Sequence record: PV037725.1
Direction: 5' to 3' (one strand)
Length of the DNA stretch: 64,000 bases
Shown here: positions 19,125 through 28,759 of the stretch, in pieces
How the letters are laid out: each line of letters begins with the position of its first letter
Position numbering within the stretch: position 1 is the stretch's first letter
Notes under the pieces: generated by a model
Told to the model about the DNA's origin: nothing
The model's database searches: none
The model's input: the letters and a program-made list of their open reading frames with translations, nothing else
Program-made: the position numbers and the translations under genes

Positions 19125-21614
19125 ATGCAAATCAAGCTACTTCGTCTCAAGTCGTACAAAAGGTTGATGCGTTCTGGCATCCAGTCTTTTGAATGGACTC
19201 CAACTAAACAACTGATGTTGATCATTGGTTCTAATGGTTCTGGTAAATCCAGTATCATGGATGAGATGTCTCCACTCCCAGCACGACACAAAGCCTTTGT
19301 TAAAGGTGGTGAGAAGGAATTCCACTGTTACCACAACGGTAACTTTTATATCCTAAAGTCTGTTTATGATCACGGTACAGGTCGGCACTCGTTTATCCGT
19401 AATGATGAAGAGCTGAACTCTGGTGGTACCTTCAAGATTCAAGAAGACCTCTGCCTGCAAGAATTCGGACTGACCCGTGAGATTCACGACATCATGACTG
19501 GCCGTACTTTGTTTACGGATCTGTCTACAGCTGATCGTCGTAAGCTACTGACTAAGATGTCTGTAGTGAATCTAGACTATGCGTTCGACCGATTCCAGAA
19601 ACTGAAGATCGAAGCACGTTCCCAGAAAGGTACAGTTGATACGATCACTCGCCGTCTGGTCAATGAGAACCACGACATTCCATCCGATGCCGATATGCAG
19701 TTGATGCGTGAATCCAACAAGCGGTTGAACGAACGTTTGAATCAACTGTTTACTTCACGACAGCCTAATGTCAAGCAAGGGTTCAACAATGAGATCGAAG
19801 CAGCTACTGCCCTGGCTCAATTGGTAGAACGTGCTAAAGCCATACTCTACAGTTATCCTAAAGTACCGGCTGGTTTCAATGCACGCTCGAAGGAAAGCTT
19901 TGCTGCTGAAAAGCAATTGGTGGCTGGGCAGTGCTCGGCTATCCAAGCTGTAATCCAAAGGATGGCTGAAGAACTAGATTCGCTACGTGGGTCTAACACA
20001 ACTGAATTTGAAGTATCGCCCGATCAGATTGCTAACATTGAAGCCGATATTGCCGCATTGGAAGCTACAGTGGTGGCGGGTCAAGCTGAACTGGATGCAA
20101 TCACGACTGAACTACCATTGTTCACACTAGATGTGACCAATGAGCCCTTGCGTAGACTGGAAGGTATGTTTGCACGCTGGATGTCATCCATAAACTCATT
20201 CCCTGAAAACGTAGATGGTTACATTTCGCGCCACACCTATGAACAAGTGTTGCAGAACGTTCAAGCTAACGTAGCCAAACGTCGTCAGATGGATGCGGCT
20301 TATCAAACAGCTAGTCAAAGGTTGTCGCGTCTTAAAGGTTGCGATACCGTCGTCTGTACTAAATGTGAACACGAATTCAAACCGGGTGTGGATGAAACCG
20401 AGGGGCCTAAGTTGGAAGAGTATGTTTCCCAACTTAGTATCAAGATGGATGAGGTCGATCTAGCTGTAAAACAAGACGAGGAATACATTGACCTCTATAA
20501 AGAGTATCGTAGCCACGTCAGCAACTTTGCGGGCATTCAAGCTGAGTACTCTGACTTTGGTGTGCTGTGGGATCACTTGGCTAAGTCCCAAGTAATGTTC
20601 CGTACCCCTAAGACCCTCATGGTAAGCGCTGTAGCATGGCATGAAGCGATGAAGAAGCTTATCAACGTACGTGTGGGCTCTATGCGATTAGAGACGCTCC
20701 AGTCACGCCTGAAGACGCTTAAAGAGATTGACTCTGACGCTGTAGCCTATACCCGTAAAAGAATGCTTGAACTCGAGCACGAGATTTCTGATAAGTATCG
20801 CCAGCAAACTGAAACCAATCAGTTCTATCGTGAGATCGAACAAGGTGAACGTGACATTGAGGCTATGAATCGTGAGATCCATACTTTGTTGGAACGTTAT
20901 GCTGACTGGCGTAGTCGAGCCATGGCACATGCTGAGTGGTTGTTGGATAAAGCGTTTGAATCTGAGATCGCTGAAACTCACCAACTGATGGCTGAAGGTA
21001 CTCGTCGACTTAACATCTCTGAACAGCGTGAGAACTCTATTCGAGTGTTGGAGAACGAAGTTAACACAGCTAGAGAGATCGCGTCAGATCTTAACCTGTT
21101 GATTAAAGCGCTATCCCCTAATGGCGGACTATTGGGTAAATACCTGATGGGTTTCATGCAGGGTGTAGTGAGTTACGTCAATGCGTTTATCGGTGAAGTC
21201 TGGACATACCCAATGGAAGTAATGCCATCTAAGGTAGAGAAAGATGAACTCGATTACAACTTCCCATTGAACGTGTCTAATGGTGCTGTGGTCGCCGATG
21301 ATATCTCACTCGGTTCAGACTCTCAACTCGAAATGGTTAACTTTAGTTTCGAGCAGGCAGTGCGTAAGTTCTTAGGTATGGAAGACTATCCGTTGTTCCT
21401 TGACGAATTCGGTCGCACCTTTGACGAGCAACACCGTGCTAACCTGATTCCATTCATTAGTCGCTTGATTGAGAATGGTCAGTATCAGCAAATCTTTTAC
21501 ATCTCTCACTTCAGTAGTGAACATGGTGCATTTAACAGTGCCGAGTATATGGTACTCGATCCAACCAACATTACTGTCCCAGTTCAATTTAACAAAAATG
21601 TGGTGCTCAAATGA
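19125..21614 (+). CDS. sbcC: SbcC/Rad50-like SMC ATPase (phiKZ gp165-like)
   Basis: Walker A GSNGSGKS, coiled coils with CTKC zinc hook, signature SLGSDSQ, Walker B LFLDEFG, H-loop ISHF. Confidence 0.9.
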   Translation: MQIKLLRLKSYKRLMRSGIQSFEWTPTKQLMLIIGSNGSGKSSIMDEMSPLPARHKAFVKGGEKEFHCYHNGNFYILKSVYDHGTGRHSFIRNDEELNSGGTFKIQEDLCLQEFGLTREIHDIMTGRTLFTDLSTADRRKLLTKMSVVNLDYAFDRFQKLKIEARSQKGTVDTITRRLVNENHDIPSDADMQLMRESNKRLNERLNQLFTSRQPNVKQGFNNEIEAATALAQLVERAKAILYSYPKVPAGFNARSKESFAAEKQLVAGQCSAIQAVIQRMAEELDSLRGSNTTEFEVSPDQIANIEADIAALEATVVAGQAELDAITTELPLFTLDVTNEPLRRLEGMFARWMSSINSFPENVDGYISRHTYEQVLQNVQANVAKRRQMDAAYQTASQRLSRLKGCDTVVCTKCEHEFKPGVDETEGPKLEEYVSQLSIKMDEVDLAVKQDEEYIDLYKEYRSHVSNFAGIQAEYSDFGVLWDHLAKSQVMFRTPKTLMVSAVAWHEAMKKLINVRVGSMRLETLQSRLKTLKEIDSDAVAYTRKRMLELEHEISDKYRQQTETNQFYREIEQGERDIEAMNREIHTLLERYADWRSRAMAHAEWLLDKAFESEIAETHQLMAEGTRRLNISEQRENSIRVLENEVNTAREIASDLNLLIKALSPNGGLLGKYLMGFMQGVVSYVNAFIGEVWTYPMEVMPSKVEKDELDYNFPLNVSNGAVVADDISLGSDSQLEMVNFSFEQAVRKFLGMEDYPLFLDEFGRTFDEQHRANLIPFISRLIENGQYQQIFYISHFSSEHGAFNSAEYMVLDPTNITVPVQFNKNVVLK

Positions 21615-21733
21615 CTGTATTAGGAATCGTACAACTGCTGTTAGAATTTCAAGCCCCCTTCTGGGGTGCATGTGTGGGAGTTGGTATTTCCCACACAATG
21701 GTTAAACACTATGAGTCGAGGGATTTGAAATGA
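21611..21733 (+). CDS. Small 40-aa hydrophobic peptide (not in ORF track)
   Basis: ATGA overlaps at both ends; MTVLGIVQLLLEFQAPFWGACVGVGISHTMVKHYESRDLK. Confidence 0.55.
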   Translation: MTVLGIVQLLLEFQAPFWGACVGVGISHTMVKHYESRDLK

Positions 21734-22065
21734 GTCCAGTAGATACTTTAGCTTTATTTGTGATGTCAATTGCAGTGGGCGGTGTGGCATATTTCGTTGG
21801 TCGAGTTCTAGGTTGGTCCGTAATCTTCGGTATCTTAGTGGTTCAGATAGTCTACGGTCTAGCACAGAAGTTGGCTGAGGTAGCCAAGTTACCAATTGCA
21901 TGGTTGGAGCGTAAACGCAAGGACTTAGAGTTAAGTCGATTGATGCGCGAAACCGAACAAGCTGATGCTCGTCGCAATCTGGTGCGTCGTACAGAAGACC
22001 TTCTGGAGTATCCTAGACGCCGGACACTCCCACTTCGGGTCATTACGAACCCGATGATCCAATAG
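21730..22065 (+). CDS. Membrane protein, two N-terminal TM helices
   Basis: Hydrophobic residues 5-47, charged helical tail. Confidence 0.65.
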   Translation: MSPVDTLALFVMSIAVGGVAYFVGRVLGWSVIFGILVVQIVYGLAQKLAEVAKLPIAWLERKRKDLELSRLMRETEQADARRNLVRRTEDLLEYPRRRTLPLRVITNPMIQ

Positions 22066-22093
22066 CTCTCCAGTGGCACCACAAAGCCTTACA

Positions 22094-22129
22094 GACATAC
22101 TGCCAGCCTAAGGGCTGGCTTTATGCCGT
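22094..22129 (+). terminator. Hairpin terminator, conserved-flank family
   Basis: GACATACT-GCCAGCC-taag-GGCTGGC-TTTATGCCGT. Confidence 0.78.
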
Positions 22130-22145
22130 CAACTCAATTTATTTG

Positions 22146-22158
22146 AGATTTATATTAC
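22146..22158 (+). promoter_or_regulatory. Early (virion RNAP) promoter
   Basis: AGATTTATATTAC; TATATTAC is the published phiKZ early-promoter motif; identical 13-mer at 53246. Confidence 0.75.
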
Positions 22159-22188
22159 ATAGGTGTAGTACAGATGGGAACTTAATCC

Positions 22189-22641
22189 ATGTTGTTGAAT
22201 GACGTAACTGCTACACTAGGTGCTACGAGCCCGTATGAGTTCGTTACAGCACCACAATGGGTTAGGGCTAGGCGTGGTGTTAGAATTTACCACAATGGCA
22301 CACGAATCAATGTAAGACGACGTAAGAAGGGATATTGGTTTGTCTGTAATAAGGGGACTCGATTACTACGTCTACACTTAACTAAAGAACTAGCAGATGC
22401 TTTCACCATAAACCAATGCGACGCTAATGACCTGTTGGGGATTCCTAACGTCATTGACAAAGCTGATCTTAAATATAAACCCACCACTGATGAGGTATCA
22501 ATGGAAGAAACCCAAGACTTCTTTACGGAACAGAATGTTAAGAACGTAGCATACGTTGTTGGTATGTTTGCAGTAGCTACCGCTGTTGTCCTAGGTGTCA
22601 AGACGACTGCACAAGTAGTAACTAAAGGGCGTGGTAAATAA
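22189..22641 (+). CDS. Hypothetical early protein with C-terminal TM helix
   Basis: 150 aa; possible internal start ATG 22501 after GAGG giving a 46-aa TM peptide. Confidence 0.55.
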   Translation: MLLNDVTATLGATSPYEFVTAPQWVRARRGVRIYHNGTRINVRRRKKGYWFVCNKGTRLLRLHLTKELADAFTINQCDANDLLGIPNVIDKADLKYKPTTDEVSMEETQDFFTEQNVKNVAYVVGMFAVATAVVLGVKTTAQVVTKGRGK

Positions 22642-22732
22642 TACTGTTTGTCGATCCCTATGTAGGGGGAATACGGATTAAACTCTTTATTCTTATTCCT
22701 TATTAGAGATAGACAAGCATAAGGCGTGTAGT

Positions 22733-22990
22733 ATGAGTGACTGGTATAAGAAAGTAAAACAAGCAGTACGTGATAACGTTCCTGTCATTGTAACCATCGG
22801 CACTACAGTCGCAGCAGTAGCTGCGGTTATGTATGTCAAAGACGAACTGGATGAAGCTGTAAGGGGTAACAACGAACTACTTAAGACTATCGAAGAGAAA
22901 ATAGCTATCGCAATTGAAACACCACAAATCGTTAAAGTAGAGATCGGTGATGACATCGAACTTTACGGTAAAGGTAATCGAACTGACTGA
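22733..22990 (+). CDS. Small early membrane protein (DNVP...PQIVKVE family)
   Basis: TM VIVTIGTTVAAVAAVMYV; clearly similar to the C-terminus of 28838-29614. Confidence 0.7.
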   Translation: MSDWYKKVKQAVRDNVPVIVTIGTTVAAVAAVMYVKDELDEAVRGNNELLKTIEEKIAIAIETPQIVKVEIGDDIELYGKGNRTD

Positions 22991-23021
22991 CATAAAGCCC
23001 CTCCCTAAGGAGAGGCGTTTA
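22989..23021. terminator. Bidirectional hairpin terminator
   Basis: GACATAAA-GCCCCTCC-ctaa-GGAGAGGC-GTTTA. Confidence 0.7.
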
Positions 23022-23558
23022 TTATGCCGGTGACTGAGTAGGAATGTCGTCGCCAGAGATACCCATCTCCTGAGCACGACGCTGCATCTCTTCACGGTTA
23101 ACGATATCCATACGACGAGTGAAACTATCGGATGTTTCAACGATTACACCGATCTCGGCTTCACCGTCAGCATGCGCACCATCGAATTCAGGTAGCGCAC
23201 CAATATCCGCTTGTTCAACTGGAGCTGCGCCGTTCTCAATGAGGGAAGGGTGTTTACCACCAGAGCTTTGAACCAGTTGTACAATAGCGTTAAGAACACT
23301 AGCGGCATCGTTACCGGATTTCTCGTCCACCACCAAGCGCCGTTTGGCAATTGTGGTTTTGTCCATCGAATCAGCAACCTTCAAGATCAGTTCGACACCA
23401 TCCTTGTCGGTTGGTAACCCAGATACATCTGATACGAGTTTGTGTAGTACCCGACCTTTGATTCGTTGAGTATGTTTAAGTTGTTCATCAAAGTCCAACT
23501 CCGCGTAGTCTACCTCGGGGTTTTCTGGATCGATGAATGCACGGCTAATGTCTTCCAT
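23022..23558 (-). CDS. Conserved phiKZ-like hypothetical protein
   Basis: 178 aa; LKHTQRIK...DSMDKTTIAKRRL pattern; AGG upstream. Confidence 0.65.
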   Translation of the reverse strand: MEDISRAFIDPENPEVDYAELDFDEQLKHTQRIKGRVLHKLVSDVSGLPTDKDGVELILKVADSMDKTTIAKRRLVVDEKSGNDAASVLNAIVQLVQSSGGKHPSLIENGAAPVEQADIGALPEFDGAHADGEAEIGVIVETSDSFTRRMDIVNREEMQRRAQEMGISGDDIPTQSPA

Positions 23559-23621
23559 AAAGTTTTACCTGACTGGATATAGTTATGTCTTACGACACGT
23601 TTAATTGAAAGGGTCTATAAA

Positions 23622-24158
23622 ATGATAGATAAAATCGAACAACTGCTAAGGCGCTGGACTAAGTCAACTCCAAAAGCGACGTACTTGAAGTATCTGGAAC
23701 AGTTCGATGCAGTCGAAACAACCATCACTGCATTGCCGTATATGCTGACTGAGTTCTGGAATAAAGTGGACTTGGCCCATTTTGAGAATGGCCCAACGTT
23801 CAAAGAAATGATGTACGAAACAGTACACGTTCGGCACAAGACCATCTCAGAGTTGGTTAGCATCCTAGCCATGGCAACGGGTTCACTTGCGCAGGATGAT
23901 GAGAACTTTATCCATGAGATCTCTATCAACCAATTTGCAACGTACGAAGACCTTACTATGGATGATTACTTTGGTGGCGTTCGAGGTGGGTCTGTGACTT
24001 ATCTTGAGGGTGTTCGGATGCTTAAACAAGCTATGACACGCCATGGTGAAGTAATCGAAAATATGCCACCTGGGTATCATTGCCGGATGTTGAATCGGAT
24101 GTACAATGATATCCTGAGCGTTACAGTATCAATCATTAACCAACTTAAGGAAGCCTAA
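23622..24158 (+). CDS. Hypothetical protein
   Basis: 178-aa ORF, AAAGGG upstream. Confidence 0.65.
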   Translation: MIDKIEQLLRRWTKSTPKATYLKYLEQFDAVETTITALPYMLTEFWNKVDLAHFENGPTFKEMMYETVHVRHKTISELVSILAMATGSLAQDDENFIHEISINQFATYEDLTMDDYFGGVRGGSVTYLEGVRMLKQAMTRHGEVIENMPPGYHCRMLNRMYNDILSVTVSIINQLKEA

Positions 24159-24220
24159 CGATCAGGTAAATATTAACCGTAGTATCGAACCCTGTTTAAT
24201 TCACCGTAGGTGTAGAGCTA

Positions 24221-24976
24221 ATGGATTCTGTAAACGATTTGCTGTCTGACCCACTAAAAGGCACTAAGCGTGCCCAAGGCGTATTGTGTTATCTGTTCCG
24301 TGAAGTATTGTTGTGGCGTAAGATGAACCGCTTTACATGGGGTCGTCTACTCACCAACTACTTTGATAAACCCCATAACCAAGTCAAGCCCGATAAAGGC
24401 AACTTGAATAAGGTGTTGATCGCAGATGACATGAACTGGCAGGCATTTTGTAAGGCGGTAGATTTCCTAGGTCCACATAAAGCTTATCTCGATATTAAGC
24501 TGTACTGGAAAGATGGGTCTACTAGCGACTATCGTATCAATGTTGATCCGACTGACGCCGAAGATAAACCAACTGCAAATGAATTCAAATGGGAAAACTG
24601 TGAACTGTTTAGTCGAGCTAAACCACCAACCTTGTTGATGGGGCATCTCTTCCGACACATCGCAGCTACCGAGGGCTCTAAACACTCCGACCTTAACGTC
24701 TGGTGGGAAAAGCTGTTTGAAGATTATACCAAGAATCCGGCTAACGTCGTAGGTATGACTCAGACAGACATAAACAAAAACGTTCAAAACTTGAAGCGGT
24801 CTATTGTCGACCCACGCTTGAGCTGGAACGGGTTTCGTAAAGGACTGCACTTGCTCCGCCCTAAAGCGGAAGAGTACACCTTGACGCTACAGTGGGCAGA
24901 TACCCCTGAGTTGCGTCGCACCCTACCCGATTCCATTCACCCGATCTATATTGCCGATCCTTACTTCGTGGAGTGA
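24221..24976 (+). CDS. Hypothetical protein built of two tandem homologous domains
   Basis: LCYLFR...W..LL..Y...P.N...NL.K...W..F.K...L and MGHLFR...W..LF..Y...P.N...NL.R...W..F.K...L. Confidence 0.7.
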   Translation: MDSVNDLLSDPLKGTKRAQGVLCYLFREVLLWRKMNRFTWGRLLTNYFDKPHNQVKPDKGNLNKVLIADDMNWQAFCKAVDFLGPHKAYLDIKLYWKDGSTSDYRINVDPTDAEDKPTANEFKWENCELFSRAKPPTLLMGHLFRHIAATEGSKHSDLNVWWEKLFEDYTKNPANVVGMTQTDINKNVQNLKRSIVDPRLSWNGFRKGLHLLRPKAEEYTLTLQWADTPELRRTLPDSIHPIYIADPYFVE

Positions 24977-24979
24977 CCC

Positions 24980-25519
24980 ATGACTGATACACAACGAACT
25001 GACGCAGTATTGGAAACGGTTAGAACCGACTTTAAAGCTGGTGAGCGGTTCTTGCTATATCTTGCGTTCGTTGATGGTAAAGCAAAACCACCCAAAGCCA
25101 CTTACCTACCAACAATCCGGTCGTTGGCGCAACGTGGACTTATTGAACTACTCCCTGATAGTGAATACAAACTGACTTTGGGGGGCGTAGACGCGTACAC
25201 TCAGATTTATCTGAAAGATGTAAAGATGGGTGCACGGGACGAAGTAACGACAATCAACTACTTCCGTTGTCATTACAGTGAACGGTTGCGTACTGGCTTC
25301 GAAGGTCCAGTCATTACATGTAGTAATGAAGGTGTGATCAATTACACCAACTTGCTAAAGATTAATGGTAACCTTAGCCTCAGTCCACGTACCAGTGAAT
25401 GTGACTATGCAGTGTTGGACTTTATTGATGAGTTCACTGGCGAGTCATACGATCTGTTCCCTGGCGACACAGTTGTAATGAATGGCGATGGCTACGTAAT
25501 CCATAAGTTCTCGGAGTAA
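24980..25519 (+). CDS. Hypothetical protein, N-terminal winged-helix-like motif
   Basis: IRSLAQRGLIELLPDSEYKLTLGG. Confidence 0.55.
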   Translation: MTDTQRTDAVLETVRTDFKAGERFLLYLAFVDGKAKPPKATYLPTIRSLAQRGLIELLPDSEYKLTLGGVDAYTQIYLKDVKMGARDEVTTINYFRCHYSERLRTGFEGPVITCSNEGVINYTNLLKINGNLSLSPRTSECDYAVLDFIDEFTGESYDLFPGDTVVMNGDGYVIHKFSE

Positions 25520-25521
25520 GC

Positions 25522-25899
25522 ATGAATATACTTGATCTGTCTGATCCAGCAACCTGTCCAAAACAGTTTGACTTCAGCTTCGAGTATCCTAAGTCTACGT
25601 TGACAGGATTGCTGTTCCTGTCATACGAAGGGCTCCGGGCATACATCATCACTGGCTCCAAGCATAGTGAGTATCTTCAGGGGAACATTGCTTACGCTAA
25701 CCAGAACTACAAACCGGACTACGTTTACGTACCGGTGTTGAAAGAAATGATGGAATCGACACTGCGCATTGAACTGGCAAAGTATCCTTTCATCACTTTG
25801 AAGTATGGACCTAAGACAGAAGTCGTCTGGTCTAAAGTCGGTATTACCCCTGCTCAACAAGAGTGGGTTGAAACCGTCCGTAAAGTCCTAGCTAAATAA
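25522..25899 (+). CDS. Hypothetical protein
   Basis: 125-aa ORF, GGAG upstream. Confidence 0.6.
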   Translation: MNILDLSDPATCPKQFDFSFEYPKSTLTGLLFLSYEGLRAYIITGSKHSEYLQGNIAYANQNYKPDYVYVPVLKEMMESTLRIELAKYPFITLKYGPKTEVVWSKVGITPAQQEWVETVRKVLAK

Positions 25900-25921
25900 T
25901 AGCCTAGGTCTAACACCATGC

Positions 25922-25945
25922 CCCCTACTTAAATGTAGGGGTTTC
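25922..25945 (+). terminator. Putative terminator hairpin
   Basis: CCCCTAC-ttaaat-GTAGGGG-TTTC. Confidence 0.5.
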
Positions 25946-25970
25946 TAATATCTCTATTGAGACCGTAATA

Positions 25971-26897
25971 ATGACTAACTCTATCATTCAACAACACAAC
26001 GCACTCTACACTCAATTCAAAAATGTAGACGAGTTCATCAAGACCAAGTATGCCAAAGGTGAACGCGTTACACTTAAAGAGCTTGCCCGTGCCGTGAAAG
26101 TACCGCTTGCTCAAGCTGAGGCTCAATTAGCGCTATGGGTAGAAAATACTATTCGCTATGATCACCAGAATAACAGTATGCACATGCTCTGCATTTTCTA
26201 TAGTGCCGAACATGTACGACCACGCGAGCTACTTAACCTGTCATTGACTGCTAAAGAGAAATCGAGCATTCATCAAGCGTCACGTACATTGCACATGCCA
26301 GATTTTACTTATGTCAAAATGTATAAACAACTCCTGACAACAATGAGACCGGGGGTAATGGACGTCATACGCCAACTGACACTGGTTGAAGCTGCTATCA
26401 AAACTGGATTACAATTGATGCAGCAGATCGGTGTAGATGAAGAATTTAGAATCATCGGTGATATCACCGATGCGGTATACCACCCAACTACACTGACCGG
26501 CAATTTGGCACGACAACCGTGCTTTGCTAACGAAAATGTAATGGCTTCCCTGAAATGGGGTTGCAAGAGTATTGAAAAACACGAACAGGATAAATTGATT
26601 GATCCGACCATACAGGAAATCATTTGCCTGGCGCCAGATAATGAAACCCCTGAACGCCGCCTAATTCGTAAGAAAAGATGCAATATGTTCAACCAGTACA
26701 TTGCTGACCAGGCAAAGTTAGGGTTACGTTTGACAGCCGTAACGACAGTTACTCCTTATCAGACCCCACCAGAAAAGGCGGCAGGAAAAGATGCCCGTTA
26801 TCCAGTGTTCCATTTCACCAATATGGAAGATGCGATGATTGAAGTGGCGGTACATTTCAAATCCATGGCGGGTATTGGGAAATTCATTCTCAACTAA
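25971..26897 (+). CDS. Hypothetical protein with N-terminal HTH-like motif
   Basis: VTLKELARAVKVPLAQAEAQL; 308 aa; flanked by hairpins. Confidence 0.55.
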   Translation: MTNSIIQQHNALYTQFKNVDEFIKTKYAKGERVTLKELARAVKVPLAQAEAQLALWVENTIRYDHQNNSMHMLCIFYSAEHVRPRELLNLSLTAKEKSSIHQASRTLHMPDFTYVKMYKQLLTTMRPGVMDVIRQLTLVEAAIKTGLQLMQQIGVDEEFRIIGDITDAVYHPTTLTGNLARQPCFANENVMASLKWGCKSIEKHEQDKLIDPTIQEIICLAPDNETPERRLIRKKRCNMFNQYIADQAKLGLRLTAVTTVTPYQTPPEKAAGKDARYPVFHFTNMEDAMIEVAVHFKSMAGIGKFILN

Positions 26898-26902
26898 ATA
26901 AC

Positions 26903-26933
26903 AATGGGGTACTTCGGTGCCCCATTTTATGAC
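26903..26933 (+). terminator. Hairpin terminator
   Basis: AATGGGGTAC-ttcg-GTGCCCCATT-TTATGAC. Confidence 0.7.
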
Positions 26934-26957
26934 ATTTCTTTTTTTTGGGTGAATTCA

Positions 26958-28085
26958 ATGTTGTCATTAGCCACTCCAACTTTCACAGGCGTACCCAACG
27001 ATACCGTCAAGAAGATTGACGTTTATAGTGACGTAGGTACAAACGTACAGAACAGCAAAGTTTCACAGGTATCTGCATTTGATACTAGTCTTGATGGGAT
27101 CATCAGCGGGTCACTAAAAGCAATAAAGGGTATTGGTGCTGAACTCGACAATCGAGGTATCGATCTACCCACAGCTAAGAATCGGGTGCGTGATGCACTG
27201 GGTGGTTCTAGGTCTGCGATTACAGATATTTCTGAGATCTTAGAACGTGGTATCATGGGTGACATGACTGGTACTGACCAAGGTACCGGTTACGTTCGTG
27301 GTGCCAACTCCATGATCGATTCTGTGTCGATGGTTATCAATGGCGCAGACCGTACATTTAACCAGGCTGGTTATAAGAACGTTACGGGTGTAATGGGTTT
27401 CATTAGTGACCTGACTAACAACCCCCTCATTAAGACCTTTGACCTTGGTGCAGAAGCCGCTTTGATTAAAGGTGTACTGACTGAGGTTAGTCAATGGGGT
27501 ATCGCTGAGATAGTCGATGAGACCTTCGGAGCTAAATGGAATGATACCACTAAGCGGTATGATTATACGTACAGTGATGATTTCCGTTTCAGCGTAACCA
27601 AGCGCGCATCTGATTCGATCTCGCCATCAACTAACTTGAGTGTAATTGAAGCGCTGATGTTGCATGGTGGTGACACAGCTCTAATTGCAGATAACCCATC
27701 GTTTCCTTTGCAGCTATTAGGTGGCTATGTATTACCTGAAGGTTGCATTCAAGGTGGACCGTATCCAGTTGATCCAGCTGTACCCTACGGACCACAAACC
27801 AAACCGAACTACGCTGACCAAGGTTACCGGTTACTCAACATCCTCAACAAACTTAAACCGAACTGGTTCTATGTAAACCGTACATACAGCACAGGGATTC
27901 CAGCTACACCCTTCGCTACCGATATTGTGTGGAACATGGAATACCTTACGTTGACCTCGGAAGCAGCTAGGTTGGTATTAGCTACTAACCCAGATCTACG
28001 TGATGCTATGTTAGCAGCCCAGTTTTATCGTGTAGAGTCTGGTGTAGCTATGTTGAAAAATATGTATCCATACATCGTTCTATAA
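26958..28085 (+). CDS. Putative virion structural protein
   Basis: Start moved to 26958 (ORF-track ATG lies inside the terminator); MLSLATPTFTGVPNDTVKKIDVYSD N-terminus typical of a conserved phiKZ-like virion protein. Confidence 0.55.
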   Translation: MLSLATPTFTGVPNDTVKKIDVYSDVGTNVQNSKVSQVSAFDTSLDGIISGSLKAIKGIGAELDNRGIDLPTAKNRVRDALGGSRSAITDISEILERGIMGDMTGTDQGTGYVRGANSMIDSVSMVINGADRTFNQAGYKNVTGVMGFISDLTNNPLIKTFDLGAEAALIKGVLTEVSQWGIAEIVDETFGAKWNDTTKRYDYTYSDDFRFSVTKRASDSISPSTNLSVIEALMLHGGDTALIADNPSFPLQLLGGYVLPEGCIQGGPYPVDPAVPYGPQTKPNYADQGYRLLNILNKLKPNWFYVNRTYSTGIPATPFATDIVWNMEYLTLTSEAARLVLATNPDLRDAMLAAQFYRVESGVAMLKNMYPYIVL

Positions 28086-28087
28086 TG

Positions 28088-28117
28088 AAGCTTCCCTTCG
28101 GGGAGGCTTTATGCCGT
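28088..28117 (+). terminator. Hairpin terminator, conserved-flank family
   Basis: AAGCTTCCC-ttcg-GGGAGGCTT-TATGCCGT. Confidence 0.78.
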
Positions 28118-28138
28118 TATTAGAACCCCTTTAAGGAG

Positions 28139-28146
28139 TATATTAC
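28139..28146 (+). promoter_or_regulatory. Early promoter motif
   Basis: TATATTAC, 22 nt after terminator and 43 nt before next ATG. Confidence 0.6.
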
Positions 28147-28188
28147 TATTCTGAATCTAAGCCATTAAACCTGTAGGAGTTTAGGAAA

Positions 28189-28521
28189 ATGATGGAACAA
28201 TTGATCAATCTGCAATTGGTAACACTGTTTAAGGAATACGTGAAACACGTTACCCCAGAACAGCATGTGGAATCGACATTTCAGGATGCCCGACTGACTC
28301 CGGGTTTCCGTAAAGCGGAGGGGGACGCAACTCATGCGTACCTCATCCAAATCTTCTTTGGCGATAGCGGCATTGTCGATGTCGTCGCTGAAGTGAGTAT
28401 CAATGATGGCATTGAAGTAACGAATGCCTATGTTGATACTTATGGCAAGATCGCAACCTTTGGTCAGCTTCAGGAGATTGTAGCTGACGTGGCATACGAG
28501 ATCTTTGTAGCCATTAAGTAA
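28189..28521 (+). CDS. Hypothetical early protein
   Basis: 110 aa, AGGAG/AGGA SD. Confidence 0.65.
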   Translation: MMEQLINLQLVTLFKEYVKHVTPEQHVESTFQDARLTPGFRKAEGDATHAYLIQIFFGDSGIVDVVAEVSINDGIEVTNAYVDTYGKIATFGQLQEIVADVAYEIFVAIK

Positions 28522-28539
28522 AGGAAAGCGTTTCAAGCC

Positions 28540-28547
28540 TATATTAC
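28540..28547 (+). promoter_or_regulatory. Early promoter motif
   Basis: TATATTAC in intergenic region. Confidence 0.6.
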
Positions 28548-28642
28548 AACTGTGCAATAACTACCCAAAGGAGGTGTACTATGTAGACATAACGTCTCAG
28601 AATACCTACGTCCAAAATCAGTTAATATCCGAGGGTAATACC

Positions 28643-28759
28643 ATGAGCACTAATCTCAAGTGGAAAATTGCTGGCATCGTGGCAGTAGGTTCGACCATTA
28701 CGACTGTGGCCGTTCTCTACGTAGTAAAGAAGTCAACCGCAATGTGGGTTGACGTGTAA
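28643..28759 (+). CDS. 38-aa single-TM early peptide
   Basis: GAGG SD; MSTNLKWKIAGIVAVGSTITTVAVLYVVKKSTAMWVDV. Confidence 0.6.
   Translation: MSTNLKWKIAGIVAVGSTITTVAVLYVVKKSTAMWVDV

Noticed and set aside
19125-21614. SbcC without an adjacent SbcD nuclease
   Set aside because: In phiKZ-like genomes the partner is commonly encoded elsewhere; absence from this window is uninformative.
26904-26957. ORF-track start MGYFGAPFY... for the 393-aa ORF (likewise 28796, 8460, 12286, 4722, 29454)
   Set aside because: These upstream starts fall inside terminator hairpins, intergenic regions or neighbouring genes and lack an SD; downstream ATGs with SD or coupling were preferred.
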